DNA of 64,000 bases from Octopus sinensis. Lineage: Eukaryota. The position numbers were made by a program, and so were the translations under genes. Numbering within the stretch: position 1 is the stretch's first letter; every line of letters begins with the position of its first letter. Where the stretch lies: the NCBI RefSeq assembly GCF_006345805.1, contig NC_043001.1:27714001-27778000 (forward strand), written 5' to 3'. Below the pieces are notes generated by a model. It did no database searches and was not told the origin of the DNA. It saw only the letters and a list, made by a program, of their open reading frames with translations. Below are positions 51,301 through 64,000 of this stretch, piece after piece.

Positions 51301-54300
51301 TAACTTTACGATGCTATTTTAAATTCATCATGGCAATTACGTTGGTGGACTTGGCATTTGTCATGATTTCATATAAAATAGTTTTAACTAAACTCTTTAG
51401 ACTGAGATTTTCTTGATATCATCCTGCAATTAAATTTTTAATGTTGTATAATCCGTGGAGTTAAATCTTGATGTGTTTCATTTGGAGTAGACAAACTTCG
51501 CTTCGAATGTATATACGTGTTGATTCTTTTGATTAGATGTTTGTCTGCTCTTTTTGAGAATGGAGTATTCTCTTTTTTTTTTTTTTCTTCTGATAGAAAT
51601 AAACTGGATTATAGATTAAATTTCACTTTTTTTTTTTTTAATAACTCTGTCAGTGCTTTTCAAAAATATATCATTTTTAATAATTGCTGGTTTTTTTTTT
51701 TGGATAAGAATGTTATATTTCTGTCGAGTTATTTACTATACGTTTTCTCTCCGAACTTACGTATTATATCATATTACTCATTAAGTATTGATCGGTGATT
51801 AATTTATTACTAACTGTTTATTCATGATGGTGAATTTACTTTTGATATGAACAGCTCAAGTTCATCTTCACGTGTGAACTAATAAAACTTATCTAATATT
51901 CAGATTAACCATCTTATGTATTTTTAAGGATATATTCACATTGCCAACATTACAGTTTGCTATTTTCTTTTCTCTGAGTTAGAAGTGGTTTAGTAATTGA
52001 CTTTGTTTATTATGAACGAAAGAATCCTTTTCTTTGTATTTATCTAGATTTGTTTAAATATTTGCGTGAATATAATACGTGAAACTGAAAGAATTTAGAA
52101 AATTTCGTAAAAGCGTCTAATTTAGTAATTTACCACACCGTCAGAGAAAAAAAAATAGATGTAAAATTTTTAGTGAGGGAGCATCTGCCTTATCTCACGC
52201 CTTGTTAGAAATAGCAAAAAAAAAAAAAAAGATATTGCATAAGTCTGTAAAATACGGAATAATCGTGACAAAAATATCTTACCTCAGGCCTCACCGATCA
52301 GAACTGGCCTGGGGCTAAACAGCAACAGATGTAAACATGTTAAAGTATTGAGATAGGCATCTTGTTGATATACAGGTTGTTGCATTCTATTAGGCTGTCA
52401 GTGGTTATAAATTTTGAAAAGTACGAAAGTTGTAATTTGTCAAAGAATTCTCGTGGATTTCTGAAATGTCTTCATAGTTATTGTCAGTGTTTAAAATTTT
52501 TTCTTTTAAATATTAGCATGGAGTTAACAGTCCTTTCTTTTTATTTAAAAAACTTCTCTGTTCTTGGCACACATCTTACAATCTCTTATTCCGTTAAGCT
52601 GATTGATTCTGCTATGTAGATAATCTTGACTGTTAGCTTATGACACTTTTTAACCAACAGATGTTGCCCATTATTTGTTTTCATAGTGACTATCCTGTAA
52701 TTTTAGTTTGCTCATTGATCCAGTGATTGAGGGTTCAAACCATGTCGCTGACATTACACTTAATATTGACTTGTAATGATGTGCTCTATTTTTCATATTA
52801 GGTGAATTATGCTTTGAAGAGTAAAGGAAGCTAAAATGGATTTTTGATAAGTGTTTAAGAATTTGCACTTTTTAAAATCTTAGATTATATAAATGTATGT
52901 AAAAATTATATAACTTCCTTTTCAATAAAATTTCAGTTTCAAAAACTTTAAGGCAATATTTTAACCTTCCCTAAAACCTTTCTTTGAGAAGTATAAGTTT
53001 ATATATTTTAGTAAACTTCTAGATTCTCCATTTCATTTTGATTACTCATTGTATAAAAATAAACCCAGTCACAAACAAAAGGTTTGGAATCAATTTAACA
53101 ACTGTTTGTTTAAAGTGCCATTAAATGTAATTAGGTTAACAGATTTGATTAAAGCTATAATTATATTTTTAATGTATTTTTCCATGCAGAGATAAGCCAA
53201 TTTGAACATTTTGTAGAAGGCCTTGTTTGTGTAACAACGTAAAAACAAATGTTCGGAGTGATCTTTAGGTCTATCATATCAGAAATTACAGAATACCCTT
53301 CATTGTTCTACATAGTGTTCTTTTTGGGTGGGATTCATATATATATATTCCCAAAAATGTCTTGGATAATCTCGAATGGAAAATTTATACTTTGGTTTTC
53401 TAATCAGTTGTTTTTTAAATTTCTTTTTCAAATTAGTGTTTTTTTTCTTTTGTGTTTGTTAGTCTGAGCAATTTAAGTAACTGCTCATAGTCTTTAGATG
53501 AACTTAGACTTGGAAAATTAAGGTATTTTGGTTACATTAATCCAGATGTTTGAAAGCTGTGAAATGTGAATGATTTGTCTTTTGACTTTTTTCAAAGTGT
53601 CATTTATTGTTATATGCCCCTTCTAAATCCAAATACAAAATCATATTGGGATTATCTTTCATTTAGGTGAACTGAAGCATGTAATTAAGTGGAATGAAGT
53701 AATTTGTCAATGCAACAATGAAATAATTAGTTAGGGTCATTAATTATTGAAGATCTGTCCAACCATGCAAGCACAGAAAAATGGATGTAATACAATGCTG
53801 GTTGATTACACTTAAATTGTATAATTGAGTTTATAATAGCTGTTATTTCAAAGGTCTGAGTAGAGCACACATATAGAAGATGAATAATCTCTTTGTCTTT
53901 CTTTCTTTCTCATACATGTATAGGCATTTAGTAAAAGAAGTTAGAATATGATATATAATTTGCATAATTTAGATGCTTTATTTGACCATTCTAGTTCACA
54001 TACACAAAACACTAATATACTTGGTGATATACTCTTTTACAGGTTTTGGTCATTGGAACATGACTATACTGGGGCAACACCTTCGAGGGTCTAGCCAATC
54101 ATATCAAATACAGTGCTTATTTTATTGGACTCTGTTTATTGTACTGTTAAGTCAAAACTGGTATAGACACACCCATGCATGCTTAGATATGCTAAACACA
54201 CACACTCATGAGAATATGCCCTTCAGTGGCTTCTTGTTCAAGGTGCCACCGAATTTGAAACTACATGATTGTGAAGTGAACTTCTTTATGACCCTGCTGT

Positions 54301-55861
54301 GTCTTGTACTTATATACATTTATGTTTTAGTGACTCAAAACATTGCTGGAAGGATAAATATAAAATAGGATATAATCTATTAACACTTATTTCAACAATT
54401 CATTAAATCATTTGGATTTACAAAACTGTCTTAACAAAAATGGGATTTCTTATTTAATCTTCTATGTCTTGGCAAATATTTGAAATATTCAGTTGTATGT
54501 TGTTCTTGTCTGCAGCATTGAACTATGTCTCTATATGAAATTTGCTTACAGCCACATTAAATGAATGAGAGAGAGAGAGATAAGTACCAATGATAAAATT
54601 GCAAGCAGTGGCTGGTAGGCAGGTGCTATAAGGTTTTGACCAGATTTAACTATCAGAATAATGTTAGCGATATTAAGTTTCCTTTTCTTAATGTTGTATA
54701 TGAAATGCTTAGCAATAAGTTGTACTTTTATAGTAATTTTGCATAATTAGTATTGTGAAAATAGATTTCACCATATCGCAGACCTTTTTGTAGCAGTTAT
54801 GTTGAATATTACTGTTGAAATAGTTCAGTGAATAAACCTTGAAATGTCTCTGTAAAAATAAGCTATTGAAAATTAAAATAAGTTTGGCTCCTTTCCTAGC
54901 CTATTTGCTAAAAACTAAGAGACATGACTCTATCCTTCAATGTTGTCACCTTATGTTAATGTTGTAAATGACATCACAGTCAAGAGATCTATACCTCATT
55001 ACAGGAGTTGTCCCTTTGCCAATGAAAGTTTGGTGCTCTTGCTGTAACAAATTGTTATTTAAGTGAGTATGTGCACATTCTTCACTCTCCATATGGCATT
55101 TTACATTTGGAGAGTAATGGTCATCACTGTTGTTTTGTCATTTCTTGAATATTTGTATGGATGAAATGATTTTATTTATTTGTAGTATTACCAAAACTGT
55201 TTTATGCTTATTTTTAGTTCTATTCATTGTTTATTTCTTCTCTTTTCCAAGATATAAATTTTAAGCATTTTCTCTTTTTGTTTTAAAAATAATCTGACTG
55301 TGGTGTTTTGCTTGTTATTTTGAGAGTCTGTGGTCGTCATTGGCTGCTATTGTATTTAAGTCCAAGTTCAGTTCAGGGTATTTGTAGTAGATAGATATTT
55401 CAGAATTATGCTTTATTGTTGTTGTGGCTACAATTGTTTGTTTTTAGGGTGTTGAAAGTTGGGTCTATTTTGAAAATTAGTTTATATGTATCTGTCCTTG
55501 CAATTTAGAAGTTTAATTTGATTTTTATTCGAGGCAGATATAATTCTAAAAGTATTTAACAATTTGATAAATAAATATTCATGTGATACAGTATTTTTAA
55601 AAAGATAAATGTTTAATAATGATTTATTGCACATGCAAACATACATGCACACATGCTTGCATTACAGTTTTGCTTCTTTCATAAGTGAATTACATTTTCA
55701 GTGGTTAATATGCTTTTAAGGTTATGTTCATTAGTAAATAACATTACATGTCTTTAAGACTTATTGAATGAAGTTTTCATTAATAAAATTGATATTTTGG
55801 TATAAATAGTAAATTTTAGCTATAGGTGTGTGTTTGTTTGTGTGTGTGTGTGTGTGTGTGA

Positions 55862-56410
55862 TCATCCTAATCATCATCATTTAACATTTGCTTTCCATGC
55901 TGGTATGGATTAGATGGCTTGACTGGAACTAGTAAGCCAGAGAACTGCACCAGGTTCCAGTCTGAATTTGGCTTGGTTTCTATGGTGGGATACCCTTCCT
56001 AATGCCAGCCACTCTGAGTATGTGGTGGGTGCCTTGTATGTGGCACTGGTCTCAACCACAACTACAGTTTCACTTCATGATCACTTGTCATCCCTTTGAA
56101 TGATAACATTCGAATACCATGTTTCACCATCTCATTCCGTGTCTTCCTGGGTCTACCTCTTCCACAGGTTCCCTCCACAGAGATCACTTTACACAACTGT
56201 CTTCATCCAAATGCATCACATGACCATACCAGGGCATTCATCTCTCTTGCACACCACATCTGATGCCATCTTATGCTCAATTTTTCTCTCAAGACACTTA
56301 TACTCTGTTGTACATGAACACTGATGAACCTCATACAGCTCTCCAGCTTGCCAATTCTGGTCAAACCTCTAACCCATTCCAGCATGGAAAACGGATGTTG
56401 CTGATGATAC
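55862..56410. mobile_element. Composite of two opposed RTE tails enclosing an RTE RT fragment
   Basis: Left arm is a minus-strand tail, right arm a plus-strand tail; 56130-56325 is a minus-strand RT C-terminal remnant. Confidence 0.75.
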
Positions 56411-59400
56411 ACACACACACACACACATGTATGTCTGTAATGACAGTGAATCCTTGAAAAAAGATAGTGGAAGTGTCAAGGGCATAGTTTTCTTATTCAT
56501 CCCATTTTAACTTACAGAAGAATCTAAAAAACATTTTTCCTTTAGCACTTACCCTTATTTTAATTTTTTCTTTAAATATCAGCCACTACTTTGTTTTACT
56601 TGGTTATAAGAACAGCTTTGGCTAGCTTTCTCTGTCATTATTCATTAGATATTTGGGTGAAAAGTGAAAACAAGGTGATTTGACTATTATAAATAAAATA
56701 TGACTGGATTATGTTTCAGTTAAGTAGGTTTTTTTTTCTCCCCCATGACTAATAATCTGACTTAATTTTTTTATTTTAATTTGAGCTAAATATGGGCATC
56801 TCTTTTATTCTTTACTAGCTTTTGTATGTGTTTGTGCACCCACCCCAACCTGCTTACCTAAGTACATTGAAGAAAAAAATACAATTTAAAAATTTGAATT
56901 TGGACAGTTTTGGCTCGACAAATCTATTACTTGGTTCTTTCATTGATGAACTTCTGTTTTATATCTGTCATATGGATTCTTTTCTTTAAAAAATTCTGAA
57001 ACAAAACAGTTTCGTTAGTGTTCATATTAAAATAACCAATATGAGGAAGGACATTCAATCCTCTTGCTGCATGAAACAGAACTATACTCCTAAAAATCAG
57101 ATTTAACCTAATTTGTTCCAGTGTGGTACACTTGAATCATATTCAACTTTGAGAATTAGTCCAAAACATAAATTAATTTCATACCATGATTCGATTATAT
57201 CAATATTTTAATGATTTTTTTTTCTACACTGTTCTTTAGGCAAATTTCTTCTACCATAGCTATGGTTTGATCACTATCTAGTGAGTGGAATTTGGTAGGT
57301 GGAAGCTGTGGAAGCCCGTTGTATATATTAAATGTAACTTTGGCTGGTAAACTTTGTTGTAAAACTGATGCTCTTAAAACAAAGTTCTTTGCAAGAATCA
57401 AGGTCTTTGCACCAAGTTATTGGCACTTCCCTGTTACTCTCACTGTTAGAAAGGCAGTGAACCATTGGAAACCTCTAACCAACAATGCTGGAGTTCATAA
57501 ATTGTGATAGAAAATCTAAAAAATGTTATGTACAAAATCCATTTAACTTGAACTACTTTGAAAATTTGAAAGCTGTTAAAGTTTTAATTTTCATTATCCA
57601 CATTGAAAATATGGTTACTGAAAATGGAACAAGGAATGAAATTTTTTGCTGTTAAACATTCTGAAAATTAGTTTGAGACAGTAAAAATGTAACAGGACCA
57701 TTAATGTGACTTAAACCCAGACCACTTTGTAACTGACTGCATTACTTACTTCACACTAGAATGCTTGCCATTCTATCTGCTAATTCAATATAATTTGTTT
57801 TTGCTATTTTGTATTATCTTTCTCTCCAAATCTCACTTAGAACAAGCTTTACTATTGTCAAGCATAAGAAGGTATCCTACCATGGTTGATGATTGTATTA
57901 ACAAGTCAAATTATAAATAAACTTCTGATGATATCAAACATTTGATAAAGTGACTCAAATCCCATCAGATGAGCTTGTTTCTTTTTCTGTCTCAAATTGA
58001 TACTTATATCTAATATCAAATTCATTGAAATCTAAAATTTAATTGATGAATTAAATTTATTTATGGAGAGAAAAAAAAATCTGAAAATCTCTTTACACTA
58101 TCATTGAATTTGCTTATTCTGTATATTTTGTGCCAGCTCTTATTCTTTCATAACCTGAATCATTTGTTAGTACTCAAGCAGATTTTGCAAGTAATTCTAT
58201 TAACAAGGACTCTAATTTTTTTTTCTTTACTCTATTACTCTAAATTTCCCTACTATTTTACACACACACTTTTTATCATTATTCCCCAGTGTTTTTGTGA
58301 ACCCTTACTGGTTAATAGACATCATTATTATTTCTTGAAAAATTCTCTGTAAATTCATTCAACTTCTTTATAAAGTAGGTGGCTGATGGTCTAAAACTGA
58401 TTTTGAACCATTTGGATATGTATAAGAAACTATAGCCATGTTCAGTTTAGAGAATTTAGACTAAGGTGTAATATTGAATTAAATGTATAATTTCATACAA
58501 TAATTCAATTGTATCAACATTTCAATGACTTCTTAGTTCTTTACCATAGGATCTAATAACACTTATGAGCAAACTGCAGGTTTTCTGAATGTCACATCAA
58601 TGAAAAAATTACCTTGAATTCCTTTTTAGTAGAGTGGCCCACCTATGAGCCTTGTCTCATGTGGCCTACTTCTTGATAAAAGGTATTTCCAAAATGTATT
58701 CTGTAGCATATTTTCACAAACTGTCACTTTTCCTAATTTTGTATTCATATAGTATTCCTACAGTGACTGTTGTGGGGAGACTTTATGCATACTAATAAAG
58801 GGCATCTGTTTGATAAAAGCAAGTATGTGTGTGTATTGGAAATGTTATTCCATTAAGCTTGTAAAATACATTGAAGAAAAAATGGTTTTCAGTTTAATTT
58901 TGAAGTGGTTTTTCATTAAATTTAGGAAATTTTGTTTTCCTCATTTTTGGAAGCTCTAAAGAATATTTTACTAGTTTATATAAAAATATTAAACCACAAA
59001 TTTTCAAATATTTTAAGATAATGATAATTGTAAAAAAAAAAAAAAAAACTTTTATGAAAGCTATAGCAAATTTTTTAATGGGTGGTAATTATGTATTTAG
59101 AATACTTCTGCCTAATTTTTTATTTTGTTTTTGGTAGTTGGGTGGGGGGAGATCATTGATCAAAGATTTTCCTTTCAACTTTCAGGGAATTTCATCTTAG
59201 AGTAATTTTTTTTTCCTTTTGCAGAATTCCAGATTTATAAGCATTAATGCTATTTTAAAATATAACAGTATTCAGTTAATATTCAACTCCTTTGTTTACT
59301 TTATATAATTTGTTATATGTTATTTGTTTGGATTCTGCTGGGGTCTATGAAAACTGTATTATTGAGAATTTTTTCTATATCTAGTATTGATTAAAAGTCT

Positions 59401-59650
59401 TAAGAATCTCACACCGTTTCTATTATCATTTTCTTTATTAATGAGAGTCACTGGTTTAGAATAGTAAATAATGAACTTTCTGACTGGTTGGTATTTTTCA
59501 TTTTAATTTTCTTGTTCTTTTAATGAGTATTGCAAATCATCAGGTTAATTTACAAAATTTCATCTCTTCTTCATAAATCATCATATTTATTTATGTGTAT
59601 TTTTTCAAAAATTCAATTAAAAAAAATAAACTTTTGATTCTATATTATAG

Positions 59651-59807
59651 GAATTGGGAAACTGTCCACTTCTGATGGAAAAGTTCTAACTGACCCTGAT
59701 GTTTTAAAAAAGCTGACTTCTTCTGTTAGTTGTGCACTTGATGAAGCAGCGGCTGCACTTCATAGAATGAAAGCTGAACAGCCAGGCGAGTCGACAAGTG
59801 AAGAAGG
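59651..59807 (+). CDS. ANKHD1: Next coding exon of Mask/ANKHD1/ANKRD17, immediately before the first ankyrin repeat
   Basis: Acceptor tctatattatag| and donor GAAGG|gtaaag; 157 nt, phase 1 to phase 2, in frame with exon 21553-21712. Encodes (G)IGKLSTSDGKVLTDPDVLKKLTSSVSCALDEAAAALHRMKAEQPGESTSEEG, matching the conserved GIGKLSTADGKAFADPEVLRRLTSSVSCALDEAAAALTRM[KR]AE. Not in the ORF track. Confidence 0.96.
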
Positions 59808-59959
59808 GTAAAGTTATAGTTTTCTTGTTTTAGATAAAGATTTAATTGAATATGTATGTGTGTGTGTATGTGTGTTTATCTATTGGTAGTCTAGTCTTGG
59901 GCAAATCCTTGCATGTGAACCTTCTCCAGTACTCCCTATATGACCTGGGAGAGCATGTA

Positions 59960-60245
59960 TTCTTCCCTGCCACGGTTAAGTAGATTACTGGAACCATGGC
60001 TACCATAACTAGATGTATGATGAATACTGGAGTGGTTTCCCATTGCCTTCTCTAGGCAGGTGGGATTTGAACTCAGAATGTAGATACCATAATGCATCTC
60101 TTTTGACATATCAATGATTCTGTCACTCACCCACCCTAAGAGCAAGGTGTTTTGCTCAAGAAGACATTGCACTCCTGGTCTTGGAATCAAACCCATTTAT
60201 CTAGTGATGGTGTGTGCAACACCCTAACCTTTAGGCTATATGCCT
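59960..60245 (-). mobile_element. Diverged tRNA-derived SINE with a BovB/RTE-like motif
   Basis: Reverse strand has a tRNA-like head (ggcatatagcctaaagg...ggtttgattcc), tcttgagcaaaacacc, and gagaaggcaatgggaaaccactccagtattc (60022-60056). Confidence 0.6.
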
Positions 60246-61442
60246 TGGTGGTATATTAGCCTAAATAGAGCATCAGAGAAGGTCTTTTGTCTTTCTGGTT
60301 CAGTTTCACCATAGTTGACTACTTTTTATATCTTTAAAATAATATGCTCTTTAATATATTGTGACTTGAGTCCAAAATGACATTATTAAATACCAATAAA
60401 TGAGAGCTGCTATAAAAAAACCAATAAGTTAGAGCTGTTATAAAAATCAATAAATTAAAGCTATTATTATAATTGTGTATTTAGGCATAATAGTTGAGAA
60501 AACTCTAGGTAGGAATTTTAAGATAATAATACTAAAGTACTGACATGTCTGATTCAAGTTGAAAAAATTCCATCTCCTGTAGTAAGTTAATTTCTTCTGT
60601 GGAATTTTGACCATTGTACTGATGTGCGTGAACATACGGTTTATAAATTTGGGTTAGTGATTATATATGATAAACTGCTATCTATGTAAAAATGAGCATC
60701 CCTGCATTATGATACTAAAAATAATGAGAATGTATACTTGTTGAATTGTATGTTTTAAAAATTATTTACAATTTAAAGAACATGGAAGTTTTGTTGCTAA
60801 TACTGAAAGGATTGACAATGCAATTCTTTATTTCTGTGACATATAAAAATGATACATAAAAAGAAATTTAGAGAATTGTTAAAGAGATAGAACATGTGAA
60901 AAAATTGATTTATGCAAGATGTATGTGTATTGAATAATTTCAGATTCTGAACCCTCTGTTTAAAAGCAGATTTTTCTTATTTAGATTTTTAACTTTCAAG
61001 CATTCTAACTTTGTAGTTAAGAAATTTGATTTGAATCAAGTGGTTCTAAAATCAATCTCTGCATGACACTTTTGGTGTTAGTCTTGTGCATACAACTAGT
61101 TTTTAAAGAGAAATTGTGGATGCCCTTCTGAGTGGATTGTACATTTTTGGACAGTAGACTTAATCTATTGTCCAGTTTAACTACAGCACAATCTGCTCCT
61201 TTAGTTGGTTTCTTACAAGCAGTTAACCTAGTCTGAAGTTCACTCAAGTTGCATTGCTTTCTCATGAATTTTGGAACTTCTGCTGTCAATCTTAGAAGCC
61301 CTGCAAATGGTCATGGGCACTGCTTTTCACCAGTCCATAGAACACACCAACAAAATAGCACAACATTTTAGAGATGTCCAGTGCTTATAGAAAGGTAATA
61401 TTTGGTATATAGGAGTTGGTTGAAAAGGTGAATGGTGCATAT

Positions 61443-61834
61443 TCTCTTTTACTCTTTTACTTGTTTCAGTCATTTGACTGCGGCCATGCTGGAGCACCGC
61501 CTTTAATCGAGCAACTCGACCCCGGGACTTATTCTTTTGTAAGCCCAGTACTTATTCTATCGGTCTCTTTTGCCGAACCGCTAAGTAACGGGGACATAAA
61601 CACACCAGCATCGGTTGTCAAGCAATGCTAGGGGGACAAACACAGACACACACACGCATATACATATATACGATGGGCTTCTTTAAGTTTCCATCTACCA
61701 AATCCACTCACAAGGCTTTGGTTGGCCCGGGGCTATAGTAGAAGACACTTGCCCAAGGTGCCACGCAGTGGGACTGAACCCGGAACCATGTGGTTGATTA
61801 GCAAGCTACTTACCACACAGCCACTCCTGCGCCT
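61443..61834 (-). mobile_element. Full-length SINE family A (youngest-looking copy)
   Basis: Reverse strand aggcgcaggagtggctgtgtggtaag...ccgggttcagtccc...caccttgggcaagtgtcttc...gactgaaacaagtaaaagagtaaaagag; retains many CpGs. Confidence 0.94.
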
Positions 61835-64000
61835 AATATATTAACATTTCTGATAGATTTTATCTAAAATTTGGATTCAGAATGTAAATACATTAAAAAA
61901 TGGTTCTTCACTCTAAAAGAAACCAAGCATATTTTAATTGAATGATCTAATTTTGTAAATTGAGTTATATATTAGACACCCAGAAGATTTTATATAAGAA
62001 AATGTCATGTAAATCTATTAGTATAGAATCTGCCATTGTCCGTTTTGTTTTTCGAAAATATTTTGTAAACTGCTGATGAGATCTGAAACCTGCTTCTCTT
62101 GGTTACTTATTGTACAACAGAATCATTATTTTTTAACTCACTAGCTTTGGTTTACAAATGTTTGATTTTTACATATTGCAAAGCTTTGAACTGATCAATA
62201 TTTTTTAGCTTTATGTTGTACTGATATTTGAACTATGATTCTTGCTTGATAAAATATGCAAACTTTTGTAAGGTTGGTGCAAGCCAATTCTTTTACTCTT
62301 GTTAAGTAGACTGCCTCAAGGCTGATATGTTGAGAAGATTGTAGTTAAACTACATAGAACTTTGACAATGGCACATTTTTAATAGAGTTGACTCCCTCAT
62401 TAGCAAGTTGATTCAAGCTTTAAATTTTTATATCTATTTTATTTTTGATACACACTATGTTAATTCTTTCTAAACTTCTAGTTTTATCTTGATCACTAAA
62501 ATTCTTTGGAATGGGTGGTGACTCATAAGTGTTTTTTGAATGTTTGGATGTTATTTATATTTCTTATATAAATAAAACTTTTTAAATGTTAATATAAATA
62601 TTTGCTCGTAGAGAATATAGAGGTAGAAGACTTATATTATCCAAATAAAAGTCTGATTTTTAGCACATTCAACATATGAGTATTAGGGTTATTTAGTGAG
62701 GTGTATTGTGTTAAGTAAAAATGTTCTAGTGTTGCTCTGGTCAATTTTTCATGTAATGAGTAGATTTTTAAGCACAACTAAACATGTTGGAGATTTTTGC
62801 TTAGCTGTTTAATCATTCTGTGATGTACTAACAGGTTCCTTTAATGGAATGTGACACTAAGTTTTAAAACTGCTTAGGAAAATTAGCAGTTGTGCTTTTG
62901 AAGCTGCCAGATGTCTCAATGATGTTGGTAGTTCTTGTAGTGCAATTGTTGGCTCTTTTGTCTGCTGTAGCATTAATGGTTGTGTTAATGTTGCTGCTAA
63001 AAAGTGAATCTAAAGTGTTCAAATTTTAAAATATTTGGTGGTTGGTTGCCATATATATATTGGTTTAGCATTAATGTAGTATACAGGAAAAGTCAAATTG
63101 GGGAGTTGATTTCTTTCTTATTCTATGCTGATGAAGATCTTTGAGTACAGACCAAACTTGGCAGTTACACAGGTAATTTAGATTGCTGAACCTCATCATA
63201 TAGAGCTAGGTGAACTAGATTAATGTTGAACACTTTACAAATTATCTAGATTTTAAGTTAATATATGTGTATGAAACAAACATTTGATTAAATCTTTTAA
63301 AGATGTATATGTATATAGTTATCTTTAAAAGATTTTGTGTTAAAACTACAGATCTTACCCAGAATATTGACAGATTATTGGACACTGGTATTTTTACATG
63401 ATTTAGCCTCTTCAGTAATCAACACTCCTGGATAGAATTAAATAAAAAATCTTTGTTGATATAGAAATCAACAAACCGATTTTTGCAAAAGTTAGTTGGC
63501 CTAGAACAAAGGTTTTGACTTATCTCAGAATGTCAAGTTTTTTAATCACTGAGGAGATCAAATCAAGTTGAAACTCTGGTGTCTGGCAATCTGCTGACAA
63601 CATTTTGAATGAGCTCTGTTTTTTTAACATTGTTTTTAATGTGAAATTGCTCTGAGACAAATTATTACAGCTAGCACTGTTCTACATTTGTAATATACAT
63701 GTTATGTACATTGTTATTTTTATCTAGTGCTATTTCAAGTATTTATTGATTTAATTTTAGCTTGGTCATCTTTTACACAAATCAGCAAATGCCTGGCATG
63801 CTGATTTCTGTATAGGGCTGAAGGTTTTGGTTTAGCCCAGAATGTTTGAAAGTATTTTGTCATTGGGGATACCAAATCAAGTCATGAAAGCAGTGTCTGA
63901 CAATTTGCTGCCAATGTTCTGTGCAAGCTGTGTGATTTTAATATATAAAGTCTCTTAATAGAAATTTTCTGAAACAAAATATAACAGCTAGCACTCTTCT

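Larger units (their letters stand above)
21713..59650 (+). other. 37,938-bp GT-AG phase-1 intron of the Mask gene
   Basis: gtaaca at 21713 and tag ending at 59650; the flanking exons join as ...LEVA-G-IGKLS, contiguous in homologs. Confidence 0.9.

Noticed and set aside
55005-55062. 58-nt cassette (cattacag|...|gtgagt) that would frameshift Mask
   Set aside because: Good donor but poor polypyrimidine tract; such pairs are expected by chance in 38 kb.
61760-61834. tRNA-like A/B boxes
   Set aside because: SINE heads; no cloverleaf or terminator, and they continue into the SINE body.

Overview
AT-rich eukaryotic DNA. The repeat families point to a cephalopod, most likely Octopus (inference). 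The window lies inside one large + strand gene, the ANKHD1/ANKRD17 (Drosophila mask) ortholog. Two short N-terminal coding exons (21553-21712 and 59651-59807) join in frame across a 37,938-bp phase-1 intron; the first exon and the ankyrin/KH exons are outside the window. The rest is intron, filled with tRNA-derived SINEs, RTE/CR1/Jockey-like LINE remnants, a decayed mariner, piggyBac-type MITEs, a non-autonomous Helitron and microsatellites. Most ORFs in the supplied track are repeat-derived or spurious. The best leads are: (i) a repeat-poor, CpG-retaining intronic island at about 48.6-51.3 kb with YY1/ETS/CCAAT motifs and two donor-terminated mini-ORF exons, suggesting an internal promoter for a uORF-gated, N-truncated Mask isoform; (ii) a second CpG-retaining block at 39-41 kb sharing an AGGGGAGATAA motif; (iii) a 168-bp local duplication with candidate antisense micro-exons; (iv) a SINE carrying a ready-made poison exon in antisense orientation; (v) inverted repeats able to form dsRNA around an exon. 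All of these are hypotheses from reading the sequence, without alignment tools.
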